NCBI RefSeq assembly: GCF_009914755.1
Contig: NC_060933.1
Length of the DNA: 64,000 bases
Strand: one strand, 5' to 3'
Origin: the human T2T-CHM13v2.0 reference genome, Homo sapiens
The notes under the pieces were generated by a model, which did no database searches, was not told where the DNA came from, and saw only the letters and a list, made by a program, of their open reading frames with translations. How positions within the stretch are numbered: the stretch's first letter is position 1; each line of letters opens with the position of its first letter. The position numbers were made by a program, and so were the translations under genes. Shown here piece by piece: positions 63,151-64,000 of this stretch.

Positions 63151-64000
63151 TGACAGTGTTTTTGAGTCAAGGTTCCATACCAGTTCATGCTGTTTCAGGC
63201 TCCTGGACACAGGAATATTGTCATGCTATAGCTTTTTTGATATCTATTTCATCATTAGTCCAAGAACTGATTTATTGACCAGTCAGGTGTTTCAAAAAGC
63301 ACAAGAACTCTTTTAAATATCTGGTTTGTTGTTACTAATACTCTAAAATCATTCAATTCAACCGGGCATTTTGTGTATCCATAATTAGAGGGTAGTTTAT
63401 GGAATTGTATTTGGCAAAGTATTTTATGTCAGGCATCTGGTATCTTATTTACCTTTATACAATTTTATAAATCTATAAATTTTATAGAAATTTCATGAAT
63501 TATAAACATTTAGAACTTTATTAATTTTTTAAGAAATGTATGACACATAATCCCAATGATTTCTGCATATCTATTTTGAGAAGATATGTTTTCAGATAAC
63601 AATATTTGGATAGGAATTACTATTAAGAGAAGTTACAAAAGTTACACTGATTCACATATAGGTTGAATTGTTCCCTGTGGAAGATAAAGCTGTCATAACT
63701 TATCTGAGATGAGATTTTACTTAAATAAAAATAAATGTAGATGCAAATGAATGTATCATAATTCAATTAATAAAAATTTTGTAGATATTTTTGTTTCTTA
63801 GATTGGAGAAGACTTCAAAGGCCTTTAGTAGCCAGCATGTGAAGCAACAGAATCACATCTGGCAATTAGAATCATCACATATCACCTTCATCAGGACTTT
63901 GAACTCTCTTCAAAGGAAAGAGGTTCTTACTGGGTTTTTACTTTTTTTTAAGTAGTTCTATTTGGTATATTTTTGTTCAAGCTTAAATATTCCATCCTAG

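Noticed and set aside
63468-63503. AT-only palindromes (tctataaa-t-tttataga)
   Set aside because: Short arms expected by chance in very AT-rich DNA.

Overview
AT-rich, CpG-poor, repeat-dense primate genomic DNA. AluY, L1PA4-like, THE1/MST and MER61 elements point to a catarrhine, probably human. There is no CpG island, rRNA/tRNA gene or CRISPR array, and no intact protein-coding gene. Most long ORFs in the track are LINE-1, Alu or ERV remnants or low-complexity artefacts. More than half the window is nested transposons: two L1PA4-like copies (one twin-primed), two near full-length old L1s, a two-LTR MER61 provirus with a tRNA-Pro PBS, solo LTRs, hAT MITEs, and Alus including a 1.8-mer and an AluYd-type. 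The main unexpected signal is at 32128-35576 (+): a full-length but extremely diverged fossil of animal glutamate dehydrogenase (GLUD1-like). It is colinear from the mitochondrial leader to the C-terminal NEAG and stop, lacks GLUD1 introns, has several frame-preserving insertions and degraded catalytic motifs, and was later broken by MLT1 and MLT2A LTRs. It lies in a ~4.75 kb block ending in AATAAA plus an A-rich tract that splits an old L1MC/MD at one point. I infer a retroposed transcript of a lost or unrecognised, fast-evolving GLUD paralog far older than GLUD2. All protein and repeat identifications come from remembered consensus sequences aligned by eye and need computational confirmation.
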